A stretch of DNA of 60,700 nt, the filler included, from Catajapyx aquilonaris (taxonomy: Eukaryota), in assembly GCA_000934665.2 (NCBI GenBank). It is 4 parts of 4 records of this genome, joined end to end, with 100 filler letters (N's around TTAATTAATTAA, not from the genome) between each part and the next. Parts side by side here need not be neighbours in the genome. Positions count along the whole stretch, not along the records: positions 15,199 to 30,302 come from JYFJ02007605.1; positions 30,403 to 45,498 come from JYFJ02007606.1; 2 more parts are not named here. One strand, 5' to 3'. Below the pieces are notes generated by a model, which saw only the letters and a program-made list of their open reading frames with translations, made no database searches and was not told the DNA's origin. The translations under genes and the position numbers were made by a program. Every line of letters begins with the position of its first letter. Position 1 is the stretch's first letter. This document shows positions 21,863 to 33,500 of the stretch, piece by piece.

Positions 21863-23858
21863 CTAGCAGGATACCCGGCGTTGCTCGGGTTATGAAATAC
21901 TTTTCCATAGGAGTGACTCATCGATTTGCAATAATTATGGCTATACAATGTTGGCATACCAGTGACATGGAGCATATTGCATGTGCATGAAGTTCAAACA
22001 ACACCCTGCGGATGTCGGATTGTAAGAAAATACATAGTACACCTCCAAAATCCAGCAAAAGTATGTCATAAAAAATTGAAGGTTGTGCAGTAAATGTAGA
22101 ATGTATAGAAGCTCCAGCATGGCAGAGCTTACAATCTGATATCCAATGTGTGGTTTCTGGACTTGATGCACATGCAATATTTTTGGTATAGCCAATTACG
22201 TTCATAATTGCATAGATGAAGCGTGTTGTCTCGAAGCTTAAACACAATATCCCTCTTATTGCCAGGCTCCTGACCACTCATGATGACAACGTAGGCATGA
22301 AGCCCCCTTCTCTAACAACGTTGGCCCCAAAAGATGTCATCTGGAAGGCCAAATTGTAATTCCTGATGGTCTTCAGGAAATGTTTTGAATCGGGTGATGT
22401 GCCTATAAGAGGAGCATTTTAAGTAGCTGTGGGGGCTCAGCCAGTAGAGGAAGGCTAACCTTTCCAATGGAGCAACAGATCGTTTTTGTTTCACCCTTCC
22501 ACTTCTTTGCCTGACAATGGTGGCATCCCTCTGACTTACAGTAGATCCAATTGCAACAACACCGACAGAAGAATTATTGTCAATGTCTGCTGAGTAGTGA
22601 AAAGTGGCATGTAGGAGGTGGGTTGATGAAAATGGAGCTAATCTCCGACTGATGGCCCCTGTTTCTCATAGAGTGGAGACATGCTTGGTGTTCTTCCTCA
22701 GTCTCTTGGTCCCTCACCCTTAGCCGAACTCTGTGTGTATCCAATGTGCTTCTGCCAATGCTGCTATGTTTTTAGGCCCATGTTAAAGTCGGTGGGGCGT
22801 TGAGAATGGGGAGGTCCAAACGTTAGAAAGTGAAAAAACAAACAAATGCAAAAAAGATTGAAAACTGCATGACACAAACCTATGTAGACCACATTATGCC
22901 ACACCTTATACCTTTATACCACGCCTTATATATACACCTTATACCTTTATACCACACCTTATACACCTTGTACCTTTATACAACACCTTAAAGACGTTAA
23001 ACCACATCCCATAACGACTTCTGAATATACACTGAGAATGTGGAGGTCCAAAATTTACAAAGAGGGAAAAAACAAATAAAAGCATAAAGATTGAAAACTA
23101 CATGACGCAGAACGTAACACAGTTCAGAACAGGAGAATTACGACAAAGAGCACATGGCACAGTACGTAGAGGAAAAGGCATGGCAAGAAAAGTACGCCAA
23201 GAAAATTCCGACAGGCTGCCTGAACAAACAACCCAAAACCGCTATTCTTACATACAGCGCATTTGTACACCACCAGCTCGAACCCTGGGCCTGCCCCGAG
23301 GCCGTAGCTGGACCGTGCCACCGTGTCTAGGATAAACATGGAATGAGATACCATAGGATAGCAAGATATGGAACTCTTTGAATATTATGAACAAAACGTG
23401 ATCATCACCAGTAGTCTCGTAACCAAGGCAACAGTGTGTAATAACAAATTCTAAATTGGAACAATAAAGTATGCAACCAATGTGAGTGCAAAAACACTGA
23501 CCAAAGTACAGCCACCACGTAGAGATGTAATGACACTGAGGGGCTGGAGGAGGAGGTGGCAGGTGGGGGGGGGGAGGAGGGAGAGAGAGAGGGAGGGAGG
23601 GAGGGAGGGAGAGGAGGGAAGGACGTGGTTTCCAGGGCAACTCAACAGCATAATTAGAACACAGGGGGCCAACATCCAAAGTTCTTTTCGCCTCCTGTGG
23701 CCAAGGATGACCTCAGAGGTCAATTCCAATGTGCCTATGTTATTCCCGGTAAAAAACTACCCCTGGTGATACCCCTGGGGCATATGTGGAGGCCTCCGTA
23801 TGGATCTGTTTAGGTGACAGACAGACAGACAGATATAGGTCTTGAAATATGTATTAGA
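21863..23858 (-). mobile_element. Non-autonomous Helitron with both ends, same family as 15746-17635
   Basis: Minus strand A|TCTAATACATAT..(CTGT)n..hairpin-CTAG|T. Collinear with the first copy, with a further deletion in the RepHel remnant and an internal CACACCTTATAC minisatellite (~22900-22990). Confidence 0.9.
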
Positions 23859-24485
23859 TACACAACGCCATCGCCTCTCATATTTCTTTTATGTTAGGTT
23901 TTATGAGATAATAGTGTTGGGATCAATTTGTAATGAATAAGCGACATATCAATCCCTCCTTGAGAATGACCCATTCGTGAGGCCATATATGCGTTGGGTT
24001 CATTTGATAGTCAGCTGTATTTTGCTTTGATTAATTATTGATTGTGAGATACCAGTAGGCATATTCAGGCTTGTTATCGGTGTCATAAGGAGATACTTGA
24101 GGTAAATGTGTGGGTTTTGGCATAGTGCCTGAAGTCTTCTTTGTTCAGGAGCACATTTTACCGGGGAGGACCTGCCGATGGAGATACGCTGGAAGATTCA
24201 GACCAGCACGAAGGTACGCCATCATATTTTGGTTTGTAATGGAAAATTGCTGTGATGGAAATTACAATTATTGGTGTGGCGTTGCTACACTGCAGTTTTC
24301 ATTGCCAATTCGGATCCAGCATTATGGTGGCTACAAATGATACTGTAGGTGTGAATGCACCAGGCCATGTTTAGATTCATACCTTCTGGGATGATGAGCT
24401 AAGCATTGTTAAAAGTTCATTATCTCGATAACTAGCCTTTGGAAATCGAATGACACTTCCGCATAAAGTGATCCTCCGGCTCACT

Positions 24486-24652
24486 TCAACTTCAAGTGGA
24501 ACGACGAAGACTGCGCCTCCAAACTGAACTTCATTTGCAAGAAAAAAGACCGGTCTCAGAGAAACAGCAACGGAGGACAATGTCGTCGAAGAGACCAAAT
24601 CACCTGCCCTAATCCATTCAAGGAGTGGCCATCTATGTGTTTATTTTTCAGC
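24486..24652 (+). pseudogene. C-type lectin exon-2 fragment (third paralog)
   Basis: FNFKWNDEDCASKLNFICKKKDRSQRNSNGGQCRRRDQITCPNPFKEWPSMCLFFS; nearly identical to 28663-28833 and truncated on both sides. Confidence 0.9.
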
Positions 24653-24811
24653 CCCCGGGTGGATTAGTCTGTGGATATTCCACCCGAGACGAAGTCAGAG
24701 ACGACACTTTACTCTGCACGAGATGAAGGGGGTGTCCCCGGGCCGGGATCGAACCCGGGACCTTAACATCCGTGGGCGCGAACGTTACCGTTGCGCCACT
24801 TCGCCTCCCCC
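24653..24811 (-). mobile_element. tRNA-derived SINE
   Basis: Minus strand has A box TGGCGCAACGG and B box GGTTCGATCCC followed by a non-tRNA body. Confidence 0.7.
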
Positions 24812-24868
24812 CATTTCTAAACTATTTTAAATATTATTAAAGTTCAAATATTAATAGTGCTAAGTAAT

Positions 24869-25110
24869 GCAGCCATAATATCAAGCAATAAAAATGCAAA
24901 TTTAATAAATTTAGGACAAGCCATGCAAAAGCTACTTTGTTGTAGCTGAAATTTTGACTTCGAACTTCGCCACTAGGACTTTAGGTCAGCACACAGTTCG
25001 GGAATATTTCTGACCTTCCAGGAGAAGGGGTAAAGGTCAAATTGTGATACAGTGTTAAAATAGGTCGACTGATAATTATAATCTGCTGGAACATTCAGTC
25101 TTGAGCTAGT
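24869..25110 (+). promoter_or_regulatory. Duplicated lectin promoter (paralogous to ~27929-28170)
   Basis: Collinear conserved blocks include TTTTGACTT.GAACT, CTGACCTTCCAGGAG, TAAAGGTCAAA, CTGATAA and CAGTC. Confidence 0.6.
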
Positions 25111-25114
25111 AACA

Positions 25115-26573
25115 ATGATGGGTCTCGGTGGGTGCGGTCCATTCCCAAGATGCCTATTGCTGGTTTTCCTGGCAATTTGGGAAGCGCGAGGGGATGCTTG
25201 TTCCTCGCCATTTGTGAAGTTGTCTACAGGGTGCTACTACTTCAGTGATCAGGCAGTGTCCTGGTGGAAAGCATCTGCCAATTGCCGCCAACACGACGCA
25301 TATTTGGCGAGTGTGGAGAGCTCAATTATTAACGACGTCCTGGTAACAGAAGCACGAAAACGTAAGTAGCAAGCCGTGCCCATGCCATTCAGTTGTATTT
25401 AATGAAACATTAGCTACTCATCTGCAGTATGTTGTTGTAGGTACTGTACGAGTGGCATTATTTTGGAAATTCACTTTCGTTGCAGTTAACAAGAGTTTCT
25501 GGCTGGGTGCATCAGACCTGATAAACGAAGGTCGATGGCTCTGGGAATCTGATCGAAGAACGTTCCTGTACACAGCTTGGGAGACGGGCCAGCCCAACAA
25601 TAACAACGGAAGTGAGCATTGCTTGATGCTTCCTAAGCAGTTCAACTTCAAGTGGAACGACGAAGACTGCGTCTCCAATCTGAACTACATTTGCAAGAAA
25701 AAAGAACCGTCTCAGAGAAACAGCGACGGAGGACAATGTCGTCGCAGCTACCAAACTACATGTGCACTTCCATTCAAACCGTGGGCATCTATGTGCTTGT
25801 TTTTCAGCCAAAACCTAAGAGCTACTTGGCAAAAAGCTGAACTTTGCTGCAAATTTATCGGCGGTCACTTGGCAGAAGTGCACTCTGAGCACGACTTGCT
25901 TAAAATGAGGATGTTCCTCTACCAGATTAATCGTAAGTAAAGTATCATTTTCCTCAGTGGCATTGTGAAAAATGGGACGAAATATAAGTCATCAATTTAG
26001 TATTCCCTGACTTACTTTGTTATATGAACGACAGCCAACTATGTGTATAAACATTATTTTAATATATGCGCTAAGTATAAGCCATAGACAAAGTCAATTT
26101 TTTGCACGAGAGCAAGTAATATGGTATTATTTCGTTCAGGGCATAATTTATATGAATAGGTTACTCCTCATCCAAAAATCTTCATGTAGAAAACGCACTA
26201 CAGAATTAACACATCTCTTTAATATCAGACACAATTCTTATAAAACTGATGCAACAAAAGCCAGCAGTACAACGGTACAAGAACAAAAAACTTCCGGTAT
26301 TTTTTTGCAGATTACGCCCAAATTCATCGGAATTATTATACTAATGAAGACTACTTCTTGTGGTTTGGAGCGAGTGATGCAGCCAAGGAAGGAGACTGGA
26401 AATGGGCTGAGTCAGGACAGAGTGTCAACTCATCCCTTTGGAATCCTCAGCAGGCGCCATATCATGATTCTGAAAACAAGGACTGCTTAAGGATAAGCAT
26501 CTTAGATAGCTCCTGGGACAATGTAGCTTGTCACGAGGGCTATAGGTTTTTATGCCAAGCAACAGAGGAGTGA
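25115..26573 (+). CDS. Secreted dual-CRD C-type lectin, 318 aa (exons 25115-25361, 25486-25932, 26311-26573)
   Basis: Signal peptide. CRD1: CYYF, WLGASD, QPN, EHC, WND, YIC. CRD2: WFGASD, KDC, WDN, FLC. Two GT-AG phase-1 introns keep the frame (957 nt total). Confidence 0.93.
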
Positions 26574-28181
26574 GGGGTCAGAATGATACAGTACATAATT
26601 ATAGGCTCAGCAGCTAGCAGACCTTTCACAGTTGGATGGGAATACGTTATTGATACTTCAAGACTCAGTTTATCACTAGATGGCTTGTTATCATTTAGGT
26701 CGTGGTTTATAAAACTTTTGAGTGCATGGGGCAATGTCATACAGTTGCACAGGATAATCTTAAGGAGAAAAAAACAACATTTCGGGCATTACATATTTCC
26801 TGTACATAGGAGTGTGGGGGTTTCCAAATGTAGGCTATTAGCTTTTAGTTGTTTTTGCACCATACGATTCCGGCAAATATGGAGAAAATAAATTTGCAGT
26901 ACTGCATTAGCTTTATCAGCATGACTCATTTCGTATTCTTATTGCGCAAGAGTGTATACAGTACGGTACTATATCTGTAAAATATGTTTCGACCAGTCAG
27001 TTACACTGTACTGAGCCACGTAAGGCCTTTTTCGACATATGATTTTAGAAATACTGCCAGTATAAATCACACTTTAATAAGTGTGTATGTATTTACTAAA
27101 CAAATTGCATTAATTTTGTCAAACTTTGAAAGCGGCACCATTACATGAACAGTACTGTAGTTGTTGGCCATCCCCGTGCCAGAGACAAATTACAATGTTT
27201 TATTTAAGAAGGGAACTAAAACAGATTAATGCTTCAACAAAGATATTCTTACATGCATTAAACAAGTAGGGTTTCAAATTGAGGAAATAATTATGTTGTG
27301 GGCATGAGTTGATTATTAATATCGTACGATAATTTCACTTCATCCAGGAGCATGGAACACAAAAGAAGAAAAGATGCCTTCTACTCCGTTGCATCAGAGG
27401 TGTCAAAAATTACCCTGTTACAGAGTACTCTCTGCAGAGTTGCCATATTTCTAAATGTGTGGAACTGCAAAAAAAACACACAGTATTGTAAAAAGGATCA
27501 ATACTTGAAAATGGTGAATCAACATGACGTGGCAAATATTTACATTTTCCCCTGGAGCTTGGTTATAACCATCAGCACCAGCCTATGCAAAACCTACGTA
27601 TATATACATTATACAAGACAACATTAGAATAATATTGACACCTCCTGTACTGTACGTAAATAGCTCCAGTCGGATACATTTTGCAGAAACATCTTTTTTG
27701 GCAACCCAGTAAGCTCAAAGGTTTTCTTTCATTATTAATATTAATCATTCATATTTTTATGATTTACTTATAATAACTGTTGATTAAATCGAAAACGTAA
27801 GAGCTAACTGCAGCTATATTTAGCTACTCAAGTGTCTATTAAATAATTAACATATGCAGCATCAGCAGTTACTGATCCCGTGTCATATTTAGGCCTAATT
27901 AATATACTAGTATACGTCCTAAGAAATACAGCCATAATATCAAGCAATAAAAATGTAACTTTAATTTAGGACAAGCCATGCAAGTTATTTTGTTGTGGAT
28001 GAACTTTTGACTTTGAACTTCACCACCAGGAATTTAGTCAGCACACAGCAGTTCGAAAATACTGCTGACCTTCCAGGAGTAAAGGTCAAAATTGTGATGC
28101 AATGGTAAAATAGGTCTACTGATAATATTGCAATCTGCTAGAACATATGTGCAGTCTTGAACCAGTAGTCCCCTTACCAGG

Positions 28182-29718
28182 ATGATTCTCGGTGGGTACG
28201 GTCCCTCATTCCCGAGATGCTTATTGCTGCTCTTCCTGGCCATTTGCAATACCCGAGGCGATCCTTGTGCCTCGCCATTTGTGAAGTTGTCTACAGGATG
28301 CTACTATTTTAGTGATCAGGCAGTGTCCTGGTGGAAAGCATCCGAAATTTGCCATCAACACGACGCATATTTGACGACTGTGGAGACTCCGAAGGCTGAC
28401 GACGTCCTGGTAAATGAAACACGAAAACGTACGGTCCCTTCGCATATACTACATCACGTTCTATATTACTTTATTGGCAAACAAATACATGTATATAATT
28501 ATGTCTTCAGTTGACAAGAGCTTCTGGCTGGGTGCATCAGACCTGGTGAACGAAGGTCTGTGGCTCTGGGAATCGAAGAGGCCGCTACTGTACACAGCCT
28601 GGGAGACGGGCCAGCCTAACAATGAAAACGAAAGAGAGCATTGTTTGATGCTTGCCAAGCAGTTCAACTTCAAGTGGAACGACGAAGACTGCGCCTCCAA
28701 GCTGAACTTCATTTGCAAGAAAAAAGACCCGTCTCAGAGAAACAGCGACGGAGGACAATGTCGTCGAAGAGACCAAACCAGCACCTGTCCTAATCCATTC
28801 AAGGAGTGGTCATCTATGTGTTTATTTTTCAGCGAAAACCTAAGAGTTACCTGGCCTGAAGCTGAACGCTACTGCAAGTCTATCGGGGGTTATTTGGCGG
28901 AAGTGCACTCTGAAAACGAATTTCGCAAAATGAGGATGTTCCTGCACCAAAATACTTGTAAGTGTAGTCTTTTCCTGACTGTCTTTGAGAAAAATGGGAC
29001 GCAAAATAAATCCTTGAGTGTTCCACGACTGGATTTGTTATGCGATGAATGACAGCCACCTTTGCTCATAAACATTTACCAGTATATCTCTCGGGTAGGA
29101 TGACTATAGGTGTACGGTGGGCAATCAGAAAACTTGAGTTAGAGATTGCGACGTGTAACACTACTAAGACTGTGAATAGCATTTATATGTTCTGTGTGCA
29201 AATTTGCCAAGGACTTTTCGCGTTTAGAGTAATCTATATAATAAAAGTGAATAATATTTTTAAACAACACGATTTTTTTTGCACGAGAGAAAATGCCTTG
29301 GAGTATCCTGTAGATACTAATAAGTTACTAGGCTCCATAAAAACAATTTTTACGTAGAAAATGTACTACATAACATTAACATGTTTCTCGTTAATTAGTC
29401 ACATTACAGAACAGACTCCACAAAAGCAAGAGGTCCGATGACTAAATTCTTCTGATGTGCCTTGCAGATTACGACCAAATTCGGCAGAATTATGACCATC
29501 AGGTGTGGTTTGGCGCGAGCGATGCAGCCAAGGAAGGAGACTGGAAATGGGTTACGTCAGGACAGGGTGTGAACCTATCCCTTTGGAATCCTCCACCTCC
29601 ATCTCATGATTCTGAATACAAGGACTGCTTAAGAATACTCATCTCATTGGATTCTTGGGAGAGTGTCGATTGCGACCAGGTGAATTATAAGTTTTTATGC
29701 CAAGCAACAGAGGAGTAA
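28182..29718 (+). CDS. Secreted dual-CRD C-type lectin paralog, 314 aa (exons 28182-28428, 28511-28957, 29468-29718)
   Basis: Same exon structure and motifs (QPN and WND in CRD1); frame intact (945 nt total). Confidence 0.93.
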
Positions 29719-30302
29719 CGTGTTGTCACTAGCATGCTGGCATGGTTTAGCTGCAATGTCACAGTAACATTACAGTTACCGCTGAGTTGCACTATGGATA
29801 TGTCTATGATACGAAGCATTTCGTTCATACATTGGCTTTTGATTTTATACGAATCTAGCAGATATGGAGATAATAAATGCTGTAGTACTGCTGTACAATG
29901 TCAATATTATACCCTTTCACCCTCTTATTACGCAAGCGTTGCACTACCTTTAAAAAATGTATACAGTAATTTGCTACCTGCCTGAGTCTGAACGCTCTAC
30001 TGCAAATACTATAGGCCATTTGGCAGGAGTGCATTCTGTGCTAACCTGTAAGTATCACTCTCTTAATTTTTAAGCAATGGTATATGTTTTAAAACAGTCC
30101 ATGATCATATGCTCAGAATTAGTCCACAAATATTATTCTTAATACAACTGAGCAATTGGAGCACATAATTTGACACATATATAGCTCGGATTTGAAATAA
30201 TAATGGGTCGCCTCTTCGTGATAATGCTATATCTTGTTATTAATCTCATTGTCGCACAGTATAATTATTGCATATCCCTTCAAAATTTCGAAAGCGACTT
30301 TT

Positions 30303-30402
30303 NNNNNNNNNNNNNNNNNNNNNNNNNNNNNNNNNNNNNNNNNNNNTTAATTAATTAANNNNNNNNNNNNNNNNNNNNNNNNNNNNNNNNNNNNNNNNNN
30401 NN
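30303..30402. other. Artificial contig spacer
   Basis: N44-TTAATTAATTAA-N44. Confidence 0.98.
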
Positions 30403-30595
30403 CCGAGCGCCATCTATCAACAAAACAATCCGCTCACCTAGCACCTCTCGCGTGACGCGTCTGAGCGCACCCGTTCCTTGTCTATGAACCCCCTCTAGAC
30501 GGCGTTTCCGGACACGGGTTCCTATGTCAAAAATACTTGTCTTGGTCCCCTCTATTACCCCTACAAGTTTGTCGGCTGAATTCATTTACACCCTG
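30403..30595. mobile_element. One end of a Tc1/mariner-type element or MITE
   Basis: Ends ..TTCATTTACACCCTG|TA (a CAGGGTG terminus plus TA); the other end is lost in the gap. Confidence 0.5.
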
Positions 30596-33500
30596 TATAT
30601 ACCACAGTGCCCAGTAGGACTATGTAACACAATCTTTACTCCTTGGTGTGGTTTGATTGTTTCAGTTTGAAAAAATATATAACATAATATTGTTCCAACA
30701 ATGAGTCTAGCGAGAACTGTTAGAATAGCAGGCATCCATGTTGATTACGACATAACCAATAACCACAGACATGCACGCGAATTTCGTATAACCATACACT
30801 GCCGACATCAAAGTTCCAGGAGTTTCCTGGAACACGACAAAGAAGTCCATTGATTATACTTTCAAGACGATCAGCAACCCAGCATTTCCTCAGAAGAAGC
30901 AGTATAGAGACACTCCAGTGTTGAGATGTCTGGGGAGAGAGCTACTAATTAAAAGGACGTTGTTAATGAAATAGTGTCATACTACCGTACAAAATACTTG
31001 TCTAGCATGATCTGCCACAACATCGTGTCCAATAACACCGGGTGCGCATAATGGACAGAAGTGACTTTGACGATATTGAATAGCTTTCGTAACAAAATTC
31101 GCATAATCAGGAATATACTGCTCATTAGCATGGAGGGGAAACTGATTGTTGCCATGGGACGGAGCTGAACGCTAAAGAAACTAATATATTATTAGCAAAT
31201 ATTTTGCACAGAACATTCCGGAAGTGATGTCAGTAAATATTGCACTAATAAGAGTCCGAAATCATTCGCTACAATTATGTTTATCTCGAGTTAGACTGCT
31301 GGCATTATTAAAAGGGTTTGCACATGCTTCAGTTAAGATAACCCAACAGTGCTGAAGTCATTTTCGCACAATACCGGCAGCGGCTGTACAGTACCAGACA
31401 CCCAGTAACACCATATAATTATTGTATTATTGTATGAGGAGGAGACTCCAACCAGTTAACCCTACGACCAAGGAGCATGGAAAGGAGTTAGCAATACGTT
31501 AATAATTTTAATATTTACATTTTCTACTAGCAATGTACTGTATTTTGAAAAGTACAGATAACAACTGACGGAAAAATTTCTATAGCACTTTTCATCATGA
31601 TTGTACAGTACTGGACTATACTTACTATTACATAATTATCCAGACTGAACATACAGGTGAGCATTTTATGTTTCAAGACTTTAAAATTCCGACTGTCACA
31701 CAGACTTCTGTCCGTAAGCAGCTGTATGCAATTTATCACAGCCACGCACGGCCAAGTTCAATATGACATAAAGGAAATATCCATAACGACACTCATTTCC
31801 TATGAAAAGTCGAAAATTTCTTCTACGATCAACAAGGTTTTCCCACGTATTTTACTGCAGAAATACGGTAACACTTGGTAATTACTTTGTGTATGTTTAT
31901 TTTTGAGTGCAGGAGAGAGTCTAGTCAGTATTTCATTGGAAGCCAACTGCTGTGCTTGACCATTTACGTTCCATGGAGTCAGAAGAAGGTGTTTACAATT
32001 AGGTGCAGGTTTAAATTCTCCAGTGAAACTATTCAGATTCACCCTCCCAAAATACTGGAGTCACCTGGGACATCTTGGAAGTATAAGCTCATTTCTTGTA
32101 GCTCCAGAAGGAGAAAAGAAAACAGTTTCCGCCTTTTCTCATACAAGGTTATGGTGGGCCTCCATTGCAATAAAATAACATTCCATTATGGCGCTCAAAA
32201 AGGGGAAAATAACCGAAAATTTCATGCTCAAAACAATTTTGGTGTGTTATGTTTGTTTGAATTTATTGCAAGGAAGCAAAGTGACTAAAACTGCCTAATG
32301 CAGACACTGGTGGTATAGACGCAGAAAGCAACTCTTAATAACAAAGAGGGAAGGGTGATATGTAGGCCATAATCCGAAAACGCAAGTAGTTAATATTTCG
32401 TGTACAGACGTTGGAATATTTTTCAGTCATGGACAGTTCCCTGCCTTAGGATAAAAATGGTGTCATGTCTCTCTCATCTTTCCTCATTGGAATACATGAA
32501 AGGCATTCCTCCGCATCATGACCAAACGTTTTTCAAAAAGAGTATTGCTAAAAAAAATCACTAGGCTTACTACGTACAAGCTCCTCCAGCTACCCGTCGA
32601 GCATGGATCGACAGCAGATATACAAACACAGTCCGAAGACTCAATAGCTGAAGACTAAAGATATGACGAGGTACTACTTCGAGACATTCACGACACTGAA
32701 TATTATCGACGAAGGTGTCTATAGTATTCAACTCGTTGTCAGTGTTGCTCTGCATCAACCTACGACTGCTCCTGATCTTCGTCTACCGAAAGAAGTGTTT
32801 GACTCGATTGTGACAATTGAATAATTTATTCAGAGCGAAAGTCGATCTAAGGGTAAGCAAATGTCCATAAAGGAGTTTTTTAAAATTTTACAACAAAACA
32901 ATGAGGAACATTGTAGTGTGATAGTGACAGTTACTTTTAGCTTTTAAACACCTTAGTAGTATACTCGTAATTAATCGTCAGGTGCAAACATTCAAGGGAA
33001 GGGAATTGTCAGTATAAAACCAGAAATACACGAAGTCAATATATTTTCCATTCGTTGATGCACAATGTCATAACACAAGGGTACAGTACTCCAGCGGATG
33101 ATTGTGCCAATCGCTGCGCCCAACTGAATGTCCCCATTGACGATCATTGGTACACTAGCCACGCTTTAACTCTGACATTGCTGAGTAGAATAACCACTGA
33201 AGCATATAACAACACGGAAATACCATCTCAATGTCTCAAAAATTGGTACATCGACACTAGAAGATGGAGCAGCAACAGTAATACCCACTGTTCTGACAGG
33301 CTTCACTCTCAGCATACACAAGCAGCAGTACCTATTAATAGACCAACTTCCAAATAAACAGACTGTTGCAACTATAAGATGAGACCAAATCCAAGGAACG
33401 CATACACAGAAGGCGCTGAAACTGTTTACCTAATATTTGGACCCTGTCTGAGTTCCCATAAAATGGCCGATTGATGGGGACACCTCAAACTAGAGCGATA

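Noticed and set aside
24486..24652. Helitron capture of the lectin fragment
   Set aside because: The fragment lies ~630 bp outside the Helitron 5' TC terminus at 23858.
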